Shown: piece after piece, positions 45,153 through 54,400 of the stretch | How the letters are laid out: each line of letters starts with the position of its first letter | How positions within the stretch are numbered: the stretch's first letter is position 1 | Source: an uncultured Gammaproteobacteria bacterium | Lineage (GTDB): Bacteria; Patescibacteriota; Microgenomatia; UBA8517 | Length of the DNA stretch: 64,000 bases | Direction: 5' to 3' | Assembly (NCBI GenBank): GCA_964635715.1 | Contig: CAZWNZ010000001.1 | Coordinates: 10,358-74,357 of the forward strand | Notes under the pieces: generated by a model | What the model was told of the DNA's origin: nothing | The model's input: only the letters and a program-made list of their open reading frames with translations | Database searches by the model: none | Position numbers and translations under genes: made by a program

Positions 45153-46130
45153 TTAACTTACGTTAGTCCCTTTAAAAATCTTTGGCTGGAGCCAATCGTC
45201 GGGAGGATTAATATCAGGCGTTTCTACGCCCATTTCTCCTGAAGGTTTGTTGGGCTGAGTTTCAACCTGTGCAATAGGAGTCACTTGTTGCACTTGCTTA
45301 CTGGCCGTGACTTCGGCTGAGACTGGCTCTACTTTTTGTACTTGTTCGCCATATGGTCTTGCTGGAATCGAGCCGACAGGAAAGCCAGCCGGACTTAATC
45401 TGGTCCTGGGTGATCTTTGTGCATTATTCCTCAAAAGATAGGCGAAAGTCTCAAATGTATCAGCAGTAACTTCCGGATTTGCAAAGTTGCTGCTTCCATC
45501 TTCAATTCCCATAACTAAATTTGTTGCCACATCGGTATCTACTGTTAATCCATTATCCTTTATTAAAACCGCCATCAGTTCGCTTGTTGTGGCACTTGGC
45601 TTTGCAAAGGATAAAATTTCACGCTTAGCTTCCAAGGCTCTTGTTCCTATGTGTACCACTTTTGAATTGGCCAAATCGGTCAAAGACAAAATTGGAAAAT
45701 GTGTTTCATTTGCCCCACCGATTAAAATTATCAAATCGGCTGCAGTTCCTGAGTAATCAATTGTTATCTGTTCCTTCTGCGGTGCGGTAAAACCGCTTTT
45801 TGGAGTGACTGTAAGTTTAAATTCTCCACCTTCAATATCGTAACCAACTTTATCTATGTTTGCAGCTTCATAATTAGCAAACTTAATAGTTAGATTTTTC
45901 TTTCCTAATTCTTGGCTTATTTTATTTATCCCAATAAGTCTATTAAATCCCACCATCATTGGTGTCGGGCAAAAAATGCTAATATCTTTTCTTTCATGAA
46001 TTGAAAGATAAAGAGCAAGACCTGCCGCAACTTGATCAAAATATGGTTTGGTTGGCAATGCTATGAGAACAGAGGACGCCGAATCAACTAATGATAAAAA
46101 ATTATTTTCCATTTTGTGGTAAGTAATCAA
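45153..46130 (-). CDS. NrnA/DHH-like protein with degenerate catalytic motifs and a Pro/Gln-rich C-terminal tail
   Basis: Architecture parallels NrnA (VLIALPTKPYFDQVAAGLALYL...DLIILIGGANETHF), but DHH and HxH..PDxD residues are replaced. Located between infB and rpsO. Confidence 0.35.
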   Translation of the reverse strand: MITYHKMENNFLSLVDSASSVLIALPTKPYFDQVAAGLALYLSIHERKDISIFCPTPMMVGFNRLIGINKISQELGKKNLTIKFANYEAANIDKVGYDIEGGEFKLTVTPKSGFTAPQKEQITIDYSGTAADLIILIGGANETHFPILSLTDLANSKVVHIGTRALEAKREILSFAKPSATTSELMAVLIKDNGLTVDTDVATNLVMGIEDGSSNFANPEVTADTFETFAYLLRNNAQRSPRTRLSPAGFPVGSIPARPYGEQVQKVEPVSAEVTASKQVQQVTPIAQVETQPNKPSGEMGVETPDINPPDDWLQPKIFKGTNVS

Positions 46131-46152
46131 TATTGGAGCAGTTTTTTTCCAA

Positions 46153-47580
46153 TTACTTAGTGACCGATACTATCACGTCTCCGATAGTAAAATCAAGTTG
46201 AGGATCAATGATCACACCAAATTCTTCCGATTGACCTACGGATGGGATCTCCTGTTTTTGTTTTCTTATTGAGACAGCTTTTCCTTTTCCAATTTCTTTT
46301 TCTCCTCTTTGCAAAACAAGCAAGTCGCCCTTTGTAATTCTTCCGGAAACAACTTTACATCCTGCAACCTTTTTATTATCAAACGGGAAAGATGCAAGAA
46401 CTTCCGCTCTTCCAAGAATCTCAACCCTTCCTTTTTTTAAAATCTCTTCAAGTTTTTGCAAAAGCTCATAAATAATTTGAAATCTTTCAACTTTAACTTT
46501 TTCCGCCTCGGCAAGCTTAACTATGTCTGCAGAAATTTTTGATTCGAAGGCAAAAACGTAAGCATTGCCTGTTTTTGCATCAATAACATCCGAACATGTA
46601 ACATCCCCGACACCTTGCCCGACAACAACTATTTTGGGCGGAAGTGAGGCAATAATTGCTTCCAAAGAACCGGCGTTATCGGCTTTAATGATTACAGGTA
46701 TCTCGTCATTAGAAAGCCTTCTTAAATCAAAGGTTCCACGGATTTTTTTCTCGATCTTTTGGGGTTCGTGAGGTTCTTTTGTAATTGAAACTCCAACAGA
46801 GGGCACTTCAGAAAAGCCACATATTCTGGCAGGATCCCCTGGCAAGACTTCCTTAATAGATTTTCCTTTGTCATCAAACAAAGCCCTTATTTTGCAACAT
46901 ATTTTTTCGGCATAGACTGTCTCACCAACTTTCAAACTTCCATTTCTAACAACCACCGAGGCTACTGGTCCCATTTTATCTTTCCCGGATTCGATAACTA
47001 CAGCTTCCAGTGGGGCATTTATATTCCCTTTCAATTCGGCTACATCTGCCATAAGAATAAGTATTTCCAAAAGTTCGGAGATTCCATTGTTTGTTTTTGC
47101 TGAAACCGAGATAAATGGAACATCGCCCCCTCTGCCCTCGAAGAATACACCTTCTTTTTCCAATTCGCCTTGAAGGTGTTCGGAGCTTGCACCAGCAACA
47201 TCAGATTTTGTTCCGGCTACCACAAATGGAATTCCGGCCTCTTTAATAATTTCGAGGGCTTCCATTGTTTGTGGTTTTACACCATCATCTTGGGCAACAA
47301 CCAAGATAGCCAAATCAGCTACTTTAGCACCTCTTCCACGCATCTTAGAAAATGCTGCATGACCTGGAGTATCTATGAAAACGATAGAACTAGTTTTCCC
47401 TTCTGCTGCAGTAAAATCAATTTTTGAAGCACCAATTTTTTGAGTGATTCCACCCGCCTCGCGTGCAGTAATATTGGTTTTTCGAATCGTATCAAGAAGT
47501 GTGGTTTTTCCATGATCAACATGCCCAAGTACTACTACGATAGGCGAACGACTATTTATCTCTGAAATATTTTTATCCAT
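46153..47580 (-). CDS. infB: translation initiation factor IF-2 (short form)
   Basis: [23 protein letters not shown]-domain, then beta-barrel domains; 475 aa. Confidence 0.92.
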   Translation of the reverse strand: MDKNISEINSRSPIVVVLGHVDHGKTTLLDTIRKTNITAREAGGITQKIGASKIDFTAAEGKTSSIVFIDTPGHAAFSKMRGRGAKVADLAILVVAQDDGVKPQTMEALEIIKEAGIPFVVAGTKSDVAGASSEHLQGELEKEGVFFEGRGGDVPFISVSAKTNNGISELLEILILMADVAELKGNINAPLEAVVIESGKDKMGPVASVVVRNGSLKVGETVYAEKICCKIRALFDDKGKSIKEVLPGDPARICGFSEVPSVGVSITKEPHEPQKIEKKIRGTFDLRRLSNDEIPVIIKADNAGSLEAIIASLPPKIVVVGQGVGDVTCSDVIDAKTGNAYVFAFESKISADIVKLAEAEKVKVERFQIIYELLQKLEEILKKGRVEILGRAEVLASFPFDNKKVAGCKVVSGRITKGDLLVLQRGEKEIGKGKAVSIRKQKQEIPSVGQSEEFGVIIDPQLDFTIGDVIVSVTK

Positions 47581-47680
47581 AGTTTTATTTATTCTAAAAG
47601 TAAGAATCTAGTAGCTAGAAGTTAGTAGCTAGGAGTATCAAAAAGTTTGAAGGTGAAAAAATAATTTGATAGTTTTCATT

Positions 47681-48847
47681 TTACTCAGACTTTTTTGGTT
47701 CTTCTGCCACCTCGCCCTCTGACTGACTAGATGTCTCACTGTTTTGTTCCGATTCAACTTTTTCTTCTTTTATTGGTTCTTCTTTTATTGGGTCTTCCTT
47801 TACCTCTTGCCCTTCACCAATCACTTCGACAGCTTCACCGTTGCCCTCTACTTCAATTCTGTAGCCGGTCAATTTTGCAGTCAATCTTACATTTTGCCCG
47901 TCTTTTCCGATAGCAACTGAGAGCTGATCTTCAGGAGCCGTTACTCTTGCCGTCTTTGTTTCCTCATTAATCGAAACAGACAAATCTTCAGCTGGCGAAA
48001 GAGAAGATTTTATGAGCTCGGCGACATCTTCACTCCAGGAAATGACATCAACTCTTTCTCCACCGATTTCATTTGTAACAGCCTGAACTCTGACACCCTT
48101 TTGCCCTACACAACTTCCCACAGGGTCCACGCCGGTTTGTTCCGAAAAAACTGCAACTTTTGTCCTAACACCGGCTTCTCTGGCAATTGCTTTTATTACT
48201 ACTGAACCAGATCCTATCTCAGGCACCTCTCTGGCAAAAAGTTTAGCTACGAATTCAGGTGAAGATCTAGACAAAAAGATTTCCTTACCTCTTGGAGTTT
48301 CGTCAATTTCTTTAATTAAAAACGTTAAACGTTGATTCAAATTCAACCTCTCGTTGGGAATCCTATTGTCAACCAAAAGGATCGCTTCGGTTCTTCCCAG
48401 ATCAATTCTGACATTTGGTCCATCGAATCTTAATACCAATCCTGTAACTAAAGATCCCACTTTCTCCTGGAATTCCTCCATAATTACACCTTTTTCAGCC
48501 TCGCGAATTTTTTGATGAATTACCTGCTTTGCAGTTTGAGCCGCAATTCTTCCAAATCCGGGCGGAGTCACATCATGTTTCCCTTTTTTAGCCTCTTTGA
48601 TCTGTTCTTCTGTGGCGTCCTCAGCAGGCAATTCCCACGCAAAAACTTTCGTTTCACCATCCACAGGATCAATAACCGCGTCATAATCAAAACTGTCAAC
48701 TTCGACACCTTGCTCTTTTGCATCTCTCTTGTAAGCGGCAATTATTGCCTGTTTGATTGTTTCTATTATCACGTTGGCGTCTAGCCCACGTTCTGCGGCT
48801 ATTGCTTTTAGCGCTTGGCTAAATTCTGTTCTTGCTGTTTGTTGCAT
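47681..48847 (-). CDS. nusA: transcription termination/antitermination factor NusA with acidic C-terminal tail
   Basis: MQQTARTEFSQALKAIAAERGLDANVIIETIKQAI N-terminus, S1 and KH domains. The ORF-track start (48880) would translate the upstream hairpin, so the start is taken at ATG rc 48845-48847. Confidence 0.88.
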   Translation of the reverse strand: MQQTARTEFSQALKAIAAERGLDANVIIETIKQAIIAAYKRDAKEQGVEVDSFDYDAVIDPVDGETKVFAWELPAEDATEEQIKEAKKGKHDVTPPGFGRIAAQTAKQVIHQKIREAEKGVIMEEFQEKVGSLVTGLVLRFDGPNVRIDLGRTEAILLVDNRIPNERLNLNQRLTFLIKEIDETPRGKEIFLSRSSPEFVAKLFAREVPEIGSGSVVIKAIAREAGVRTKVAVFSEQTGVDPVGSCVGQKGVRVQAVTNEIGGERVDVISWSEDVAELIKSSLSPAEDLSVSINEETKTARVTAPEDQLSVAIGKDGQNVRLTAKLTGYRIEVEGNGEAVEVIGEGQEVKEDPIKEEPIKEEKVESEQNSETSSQSEGEVAEEPKKSE

Positions 48848-48853
48848 ATTATT

Positions 48854-48878
48854 AAAAAAAGGTGGGACGAGTCCCACC
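48854..48878 (-). terminator. intrinsic terminator-like hairpin plus U-tract immediately upstream of the nusA start codon (candidate attenuator)
   Basis: Minus-strand ttggtgggactcgtcccacc followed by ttttttt. Stem ggtggga/tcccacc with loop ctcg. Confidence 0.5.
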
Positions 48879-49194
48879 AAATCAAATACTCAATTCCAGA
48901 TACAAGTTTAACTCATTAAAGCTAAAAACTCAAGCTACATAAGTAAGTTAATTTTGAGTATTAGTCTTCCCGAACATCTGCTGAAGTTCTTTTTCCGTCG
49001 GGTTTCTTTTTTCCTATTCACATTTTTTCATTAACCTGCAAATAGGACAGTCATCAATAATACAATTATTGCTTGATACCATAATGGCGTCACCTACTTT
49101 TTTACTGGATGTTTTCATCCTACCGTTTATAAATTTATATCATTCAAATCTGCAAATATTCAAGTGATTATTTTTATGATATATTGAATATATA

Positions 49195-49218
49195 CTTCAA
49201 TACTATATAGTATTGAAG
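49195..49218. repeat. perfect 24-bp palindrome cttcaatactat|atagtattgaag, 4 nt upstream of the TrpR-like gene 3 start
   Basis: Self-complementary by inspection. Confidence 0.85.
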
Positions 49219-49222
49219 TGCT

Positions 49223-49672
49223 ATGACTAAAATTTCAAAATTGCCATTAAGATCTGATGTTTGGAATCGGATTTTTGATTTGTTCGTCAGTACCCTATCC
49301 AACCAAAGAGATAAAAAGAAATTATCAAATTTTATTAATGATTTTTTCTCGCCAACTGAAAGAATAATGTTTGCAAAAAGGTTGGCTATTGCGGTTCTGG
49401 TCGCAAAAGGCCAAGATTATCAAAGTATCCACGAAATTTTGAAAGTAAGTCCACCAACTATTGCAAAACTTAGTTTAAGAATCAAATATATGGGGGAGGG
49501 TTTAAACCCTGTTATTAGAGATATTTTTAAGAGTCAGGCGTTGCAAATTATATGGAAAGAAACTGAAGATCTGTTTGATTTGCCAACAAAAGGTAACTTA
49601 AAATCGCCCGAAAGATTTAAAAGAAAACTTCGAAGAGTGAAGCAAATTAATAAAATGAGATCGGAATTTTAA
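49223..49672 (+). CDS. TrpR/YerC-like helix-turn-helix DNA-binding protein (paralogue 3 of 3)
   Basis: FINDFFSPTERIMFAKRLAIAVLVAKGQDYQSIHEILKVSPPTIAKL. Confidence 0.6.
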   Translation: MTKISKLPLRSDVWNRIFDLFVSTLSNQRDKKKLSNFINDFFSPTERIMFAKRLAIAVLVAKGQDYQSIHEILKVSPPTIAKLSLRIKYMGEGLNPVIRDIFKSQALQIIWKETEDLFDLPTKGNLKSPERFKRKLRRVKQINKMRSEF

Positions 49673-49675
49673 CTA

Positions 49676-49704
49676 CTACAATACTATATAGTATTGTAGT
49701 TTTT
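49676..49704 (+). terminator. perfect 24-bp palindrome ctacaatactat|atagtattgtag plus TTTTT; 3' copy of the gene-3 flanking repeat and probable terminator
   Basis: Begins 3 nt after the TAA stop; followed by ttttt at 49700-49704. Confidence 0.6.
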
Positions 49705-49734
49705 AGGCACAAAATTACATTAATTTCATCAAAT

Positions 49735-50229
49735 TTATGAGATTAATCGTTTGGCTTCTTCCAAAAAAACTAAGTCTCTTTGTTGAATAAATTTACCTTC
49801 ATAATTATTTGATTTGTCATTTTTGATGGCTTCGATGACTCCATTTAATGTCATCCAAACAAGTCGGTGACCTTCTTCAATCTCTTTAGACTCCCAGTGG
49901 GGAGTTCCTTTAGATTTTATTTTTCCTAAATAACAATACGAAGTCTGATAAAGATAAAGTTTGGATCGATATTCTTCCACTTTTCCGATCTCTCCTATAA
50001 TTTCTATTTCACATCCAGTTTCTTCCTTTATCTCTCTTTTACAGGCAGTTATTTCATCTTCATCTTTTTCAATCCCGCCGCCAGGTAATTTATAATAATT
50101 ATATTTAGATACGAATTCGAGAGGAATCTGATCATTCTCATCAAAAGCTACAGCACGAGATGCAAAACGTTTCCAATTATTTTTATTTTCTTTGTACGGT
50201 TTATCTTCTATATATTTTAGAAGTCTCAT
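49735..50229 (-). CDS. NUDIX hydrolase
   Basis: Nudix box [25 protein letters not shown]. Confidence 0.8.
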   Translation of the reverse strand: MRLLKYIEDKPYKENKNNWKRFASRAVAFDENDQIPLEFVSKYNYYKLPGGGIEKDEDEITACKREIKEETGCEIEIIGEIGKVEEYRSKLYLYQTSYCYLGKIKSKGTPHWESKEIEEGHRLVWMTLNGVIEAIKNDKSNNYEGKFIQQRDLVFLEEAKRLIS

Positions 50230-51104
50230 AATTCCACTTTTTCCATCTTTTCGATAATTTCTTTTTGTTCCCTTGAGAGTTTTTCAGGAACAATTACATT
50301 GATTCTCACATATTCATCTCCTTTACCACGACCGTGGAGATGGGTAACACCACGCTCGCGAAGCCTCATCATTGTTCCACCCTGAGTCCCCGGGCGGATT
50401 TTTAACTTTAGTTCACCATCGATTGTTGGCACTTTAATTTCCCCACCTAAAGCGGCTAAAGAAAATGAAATACCAATCGAAACGTAAATATCGTCATCCT
50501 GCCTGTCAAAAAGCGTATCCGGTTTAATGTTTATGGACAACCTAAAATCGCCAAAATCAATTGTTGCCCCTTCATAAATACCTGCCGGGATTTTAATTTT
50601 TCTTTTTTTGCCTCCAATTGAAACCTCTTTACTAACACCTTTTACTGCGTCCATAAAAGAAATCGATATTGAGTACCTTGGCTTGGGTCTCCGACCCTGA
50701 GCGGAGCTGAACGGGTTTCCGCCTCCAAAAAAGGCTTCAAAAATATCAAACGGATCTCCAAAACCACCCTCACCAAACGGCGAACCGCCACCACTAGTAT
50801 ATGTATAGGTAAACGGGCTGCCCTGACCCCCGAATCCACCCGCAAAAGGATTTCCGCCGGGAGCTCCACCTGGAGTAAATGCAGCGTGTCCATATTGATC
50901 GTAGGCAGATTTCTTCCCCGGATCGGAAAGCACTTGATAAGCCTCATTTATCTCTTTAAATTTCTTCTCGGCAGTCTCTTTATCGTCTTTATGACGGTCA
51001 GGATGCCACTCCAAAGCTGCCTTTCTATAGGCTTTTTTTATCTCATCAGCGGAAGAACTTTTTGATACCCCGAGGATATCGTAGTAATCAGATTTTGTGG
51101 CCAT
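50226..51104 (-). CDS. dnaJ: DnaJ-family co-chaperone (J-domain, G/F region, C-terminal substrate-binding domains; no CxxCxGxG zinc finger)
   Basis: [33 protein letters not shown] with HPD motif; Gly/Phe-rich linker. Confidence 0.85.
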   Translation of the reverse strand: MATKSDYYDILGVSKSSSADEIKKAYRKAALEWHPDRHKDDKETAEKKFKEINEAYQVLSDPGKKSAYDQYGHAAFTPGGAPGGNPFAGGFGGQGSPFTYTYTSGGGSPFGEGGFGDPFDIFEAFFGGGNPFSSAQGRRPKPRYSISISFMDAVKGVSKEVSIGGKKRKIKIPAGIYEGATIDFGDFRLSINIKPDTLFDRQDDDIYVSIGISFSLAALGGEIKVPTIDGELKLKIRPGTQGGTMMRLRERGVTHLHGRGKGDEYVRINVIVPEKLSREQKEIIEKMEKVEL

Positions 51105-51115
51105 TTTAATGGAGA

Positions 51116-53050
51116 TTACTCTACAACTTCACCCTCTTCAACCCCTTCGGCAGGCTCAGGGCTTTTAGCTTTCTCGTCTTTTTCTGACTCATCACTCTTT
51201 TCCTCATCACTCCCTCGACTTTGCTCGGGACCTGCAGAGCCCTTGTCTCCTTCGGCATACATGGCTTGTCCAATCTGACTTAAAGTATCCGAAAGGTCTT
51301 TTGTAACTGCCTCGATATCCTCTTTGCTTGAATCTTCCTTCCCGACAACTTCTTTGACTTTAGCAACTTTTTCCTCGACCTTGGTTTTAACATCAGCTGG
51401 AACCTTGTCCCCTGCATCTTTCAGGGCTTTTTCTGCTGTTGCAACCATAGCATCGGCGTTATTTTTGATCTTGATAGTTTCGGCTTTCTTTTCATCTTCC
51501 TCTTTGTGCTTTTCTGCCTCTTCCTGCATTCTTTTAATCTCATCATCGGAAAGCCCAACTGCACCTGTAATTTTGATGTTTTGAGTCTTACTGGTTGCTT
51601 TATCTTTTGCTGTCACAGTCAAAATTCCAGAAGCATCCATGTCAAAAATAACTTCAACCTGGGGAACTCCACGGGGTGCAGGAGGAATTCCGTCAAGAAT
51701 AAATGTTCCAAGAGTTTTATTATCTGTACTCATTGGCCTCTCACCCTGAGTTACAACAATTTGAACCTGAGTTTGATTATCGGCAGCCGTTGAAAAGACT
51801 TCTGTTTTAGAGGTTGGAACAGTTGTGTTTCTTGGAATCATGGGAGTGGCCACTCCGCCAAGAGTTTCAATTGCAAGAGTTAAGGGTGTAACATCCAATA
51901 AAAGAATATCTTTGACTTCGCCTCCCAAGACTCCCCCTTGGATTGCAGCACCAACCGCAACAACTTCATCTGGATTTACCGACTGATTCGGATCTTTGCC
52001 AAAAAAGTTTCTAACGGTTTCGACAACTTTAGGCATTCTGGTCATTCCACCCACCATAACTATCTCATTAATGTCGTGCGCATCAAGCTTTGCATCTTTC
52101 AAACAAAGCTCAACAGGCTTAAGGGTTTTTTGGATAAGTTCATCAACAAGCCCTTCCATTTTGGAACGGGTGAGCTTCATTGTTAGATGAAGCGGTTGAC
52201 CATCTTTTTGAGTTATATAAGGTTGGTTAATTTCGACCTCCGAAGCCGCAGAGAGCTCAATTTTAGCTTTTTCAGCGGCGTCACGTACTCTTTGGTAGGC
52301 TTGAGTATCTGCTTTAAGATCTACACCCTGCTCTTTTTTGAACTCAGAAACAATATAATCAACTATCACTGCATCAAAATCATCTCCCCCAAGGTGTGTG
52401 TCACCGTTTGTGGCTTTAACTTCAATAACACCATCCCCAATTTCAAGAATCGAAATGTCAAATGTTCCTCCACCAAGATCATACACAGCAATTTTTTCAG
52501 AGTTTTTCTTGTCAAGTCCGTAAGCAAGTGCAGCAGCTGTTGGTTCATTAATAATTCTTTCAACTTTAAGTCCGGCAATTTCACCTGCTTGTTTTGTTGC
52601 CTGGCGCTGTGCATCATCAAAATATGCCGGAACTGTAATAACAGCTTGTTCGACTTTTTCTCCTAAATGTTTTTCTGCGTCTTTCTTAAGCTTCATCAAA
52701 ATTCTGGAACTTATTTCTTGGGGAGTGTAGTTCTTACCCTCAATTTCGATATCAGCCATACCATTTTTTCCTTCGGTAATCTTGTAAGGAACCATATCGA
52801 TTGTTCTTTTAACCTCCTTGTCTTCAAATCTTCTCCCCATCATGCGTTTTGCTGAATATACTGTGTTTTTGGAATTAAGAATCATTTGACGCTTAGCCAC
52901 ATCTCCAACTAGATTTTTAATAGGTTCAACCACTGAAGGCGTTGTGTTTTTGCCGGTATCTACTGCCGGAATAACTTTCGGACGACCACCTTCCATTACT
53001 GCCACGCAGCTATTTGTTGTACCTAAATCGATTCCAATAATTTTACTCAT
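51116..53050 (-). CDS. dnaK: molecular chaperone DnaK (Hsp70)
   Basis: [14 protein letters not shown]..., DLGGGTFD and other Hsp70 signatures; 644 aa. Confidence 0.97.
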   Translation of the reverse strand: MSKIIGIDLGTTNSCVAVMEGGRPKVIPAVDTGKNTTPSVVEPIKNLVGDVAKRQMILNSKNTVYSAKRMMGRRFEDKEVKRTIDMVPYKITEGKNGMADIEIEGKNYTPQEISSRILMKLKKDAEKHLGEKVEQAVITVPAYFDDAQRQATKQAGEIAGLKVERIINEPTAAALAYGLDKKNSEKIAVYDLGGGTFDISILEIGDGVIEVKATNGDTHLGGDDFDAVIVDYIVSEFKKEQGVDLKADTQAYQRVRDAAEKAKIELSAASEVEINQPYITQKDGQPLHLTMKLTRSKMEGLVDELIQKTLKPVELCLKDAKLDAHDINEIVMVGGMTRMPKVVETVRNFFGKDPNQSVNPDEVVAVGAAIQGGVLGGEVKDILLLDVTPLTLAIETLGGVATPMIPRNTTVPTSKTEVFSTAADNQTQVQIVVTQGERPMSTDNKTLGTFILDGIPPAPRGVPQVEVIFDMDASGILTVTAKDKATSKTQNIKITGAVGLSDDEIKRMQEEAEKHKEEDEKKAETIKIKNNADAMVATAEKALKDAGDKVPADVKTKVEEKVAKVKEVVGKEDSSKEDIEAVTKDLSDTLSQIGQAMYAEGDKGSAGPEQSRGSDEEKSDESEKDEKAKSPEPAEGVEEGEVVE

Positions 53051-53085
53051 ATGTTTTTATAATTTTATATTATTCTCGATATATT

Positions 53086-53547
53086 TTAATTATTAATTTT
53101 AGACACCTTTACTTTTGCGTGTCTAATTACTTGTCCATCTTTAAATTTCCAACCTTTCAAAACTAACTCTGAAATAGTATTATCTCGCTCTCCAGCCGTA
53201 ACTTCAATAGCGTCCATGTTGTTTGTATCAAATTCATCCCCAATTTTAGGGCTTATTTCAACCAAACCCTCCTCATTTAGTACCTTTTTAAATTCACCTA
53301 TGCAAATTGCAAAGCCTGCATCTTGCAAATGAGTTTGTGCGTTCTCGAGATTGTCTAAAACCGGTAAAAGTTTTGTAATAATCCCGATTGAGGTCACCTT
53401 ACTTAACACCTCACGCTCTTTTTCAACCCTTTTTACTAAATTATCGTAATCCGCGAGTGTGCGAAGAAGCTGAGCCTTCAAAAGTTCTGCCTCTTCATTT
53501 ACTCTTTTCCCTGTTTTTAATGTATTTCCCTTTTTTGTTTTTTCCAT
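53086..53547 (-). CDS. grpE: nucleotide exchange factor GrpE
   Basis: Coiled-coil N-terminus and GrpE C-terminal domain; lies between hrcA and dnaK. Confidence 0.85.
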   Translation of the reverse strand: MEKTKKGNTLKTGKRVNEEAELLKAQLLRTLADYDNLVKRVEKEREVLSKVTSIGIITKLLPVLDNLENAQTHLQDAGFAICIGEFKKVLNEEGLVEISPKIGDEFDTNNMDAIEVTAGERDNTISELVLKGWKFKDGQVIRHAKVKVSKINN

Positions 53548-53598
53548 ATGTTTTCTCCATCCACTAAATACTATATCCTAGATTCTAGCTACTAATTT

Positions 53599-54369
53599 CT
53601 ATTTATTGGCTACTTCCTCAATCATGTTTCCAAAATATCTCAAAATCGGAATCGCTGTCGCATAGTTGGCTCTTGCAGGCCCAATGATTCCCAACGCACC
53701 TCTTCTCCCTTTAATCTTGAAGTGTGTGGAAATTATTCCGGTCGGCGCAAGTCCAGGAATTCCCAGCTCTTCCCCAAAAAGAACGGCCAAGGGCGATGCC
53801 GGCTCAAATCCAAAAAATAATTTATCTAATTCATCCAGTTCTTCAAAGACCGAAAAAAGACTTTGACAAGTCATAACATCTGAAAATTCAGGATTTTCAA
53901 AAATATATGAATGACCTGCGTACCAAAACCTATCCTTTTTATCATTTTTTGGAGAATCATCTTTAATCCCTGCTACTGCAAGAGATCTTGTTCTTGTAGC
54001 AAGTGCACGGGTGGCCTCGTCCATAAGTTCATCCAAATCGTCCCTGGAGTCCCAAACTTCTTCTTTTGCCTTAACTTCGTCGATTACACTCATTTGTTTT
54101 TCTTCCATGAGTTGATTTATATAAAACTTCATAGCAACAGGTGTCGGAACACGGCCGGCTGAAGCATGGGGTTGTTTAAGAAAATTTAATTTTGTCAGAG
54201 AAACCATCTCGTTCCTGATAGTCGCGGGAGAAATACCCAGGTTATATTTTTTATCCAAAGCCTCTGAACCAACAGGTTCGGCCGTAGCAATATATTCATC
54301 AACTATCGTCTTCAAAATTTGTGTCTGCCTTGATGTAAGTCCTTCAGTCATATTAGCAGTATCGTACAT
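53599..54369 (-). CDS. hrcA: heat-inducible transcription repressor HrcA
   Basis: LTSRQTQILKTIVDEYIATAEPVGSEAL N-terminal wHTH; heads the grpE-dnaK-dnaJ operon. Alternative start at ATG rc 54349-54351. Confidence 0.85.
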   Translation of the reverse strand: MYDTANMTEGLTSRQTQILKTIVDEYIATAEPVGSEALDKKYNLGISPATIRNEMVSLTKLNFLKQPHASAGRVPTPVAMKFYINQLMEEKQMSVIDEVKAKEEVWDSRDDLDELMDEATRALATRTRSLAVAGIKDDSPKNDKKDRFWYAGHSYIFENPEFSDVMTCQSLFSVFEELDELDKLFFGFEPASPLAVLFGEELGIPGLAPTGIISTHFKIKGRRGALGIIGPARANYATAIPILRYFGNMIEEVANK

Positions 54370-54379
54370 CGAGTGCTAA
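54353..54379 (-). promoter_or_regulatory. CIRCE-like inverted repeat (TTAGCAGTA-N9-GAGTGCTAA) overlapping the hrcA translation start
   Basis: Plus strand ttagcagta tcgtacatc gagtgctaa; consensus is TTAGCACTC-N9-GAGTGCTAA (7/9 + 9/9). Confidence 0.65.
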
Positions 54380-54400
54380 TTAATGTCAATACCATAAATT

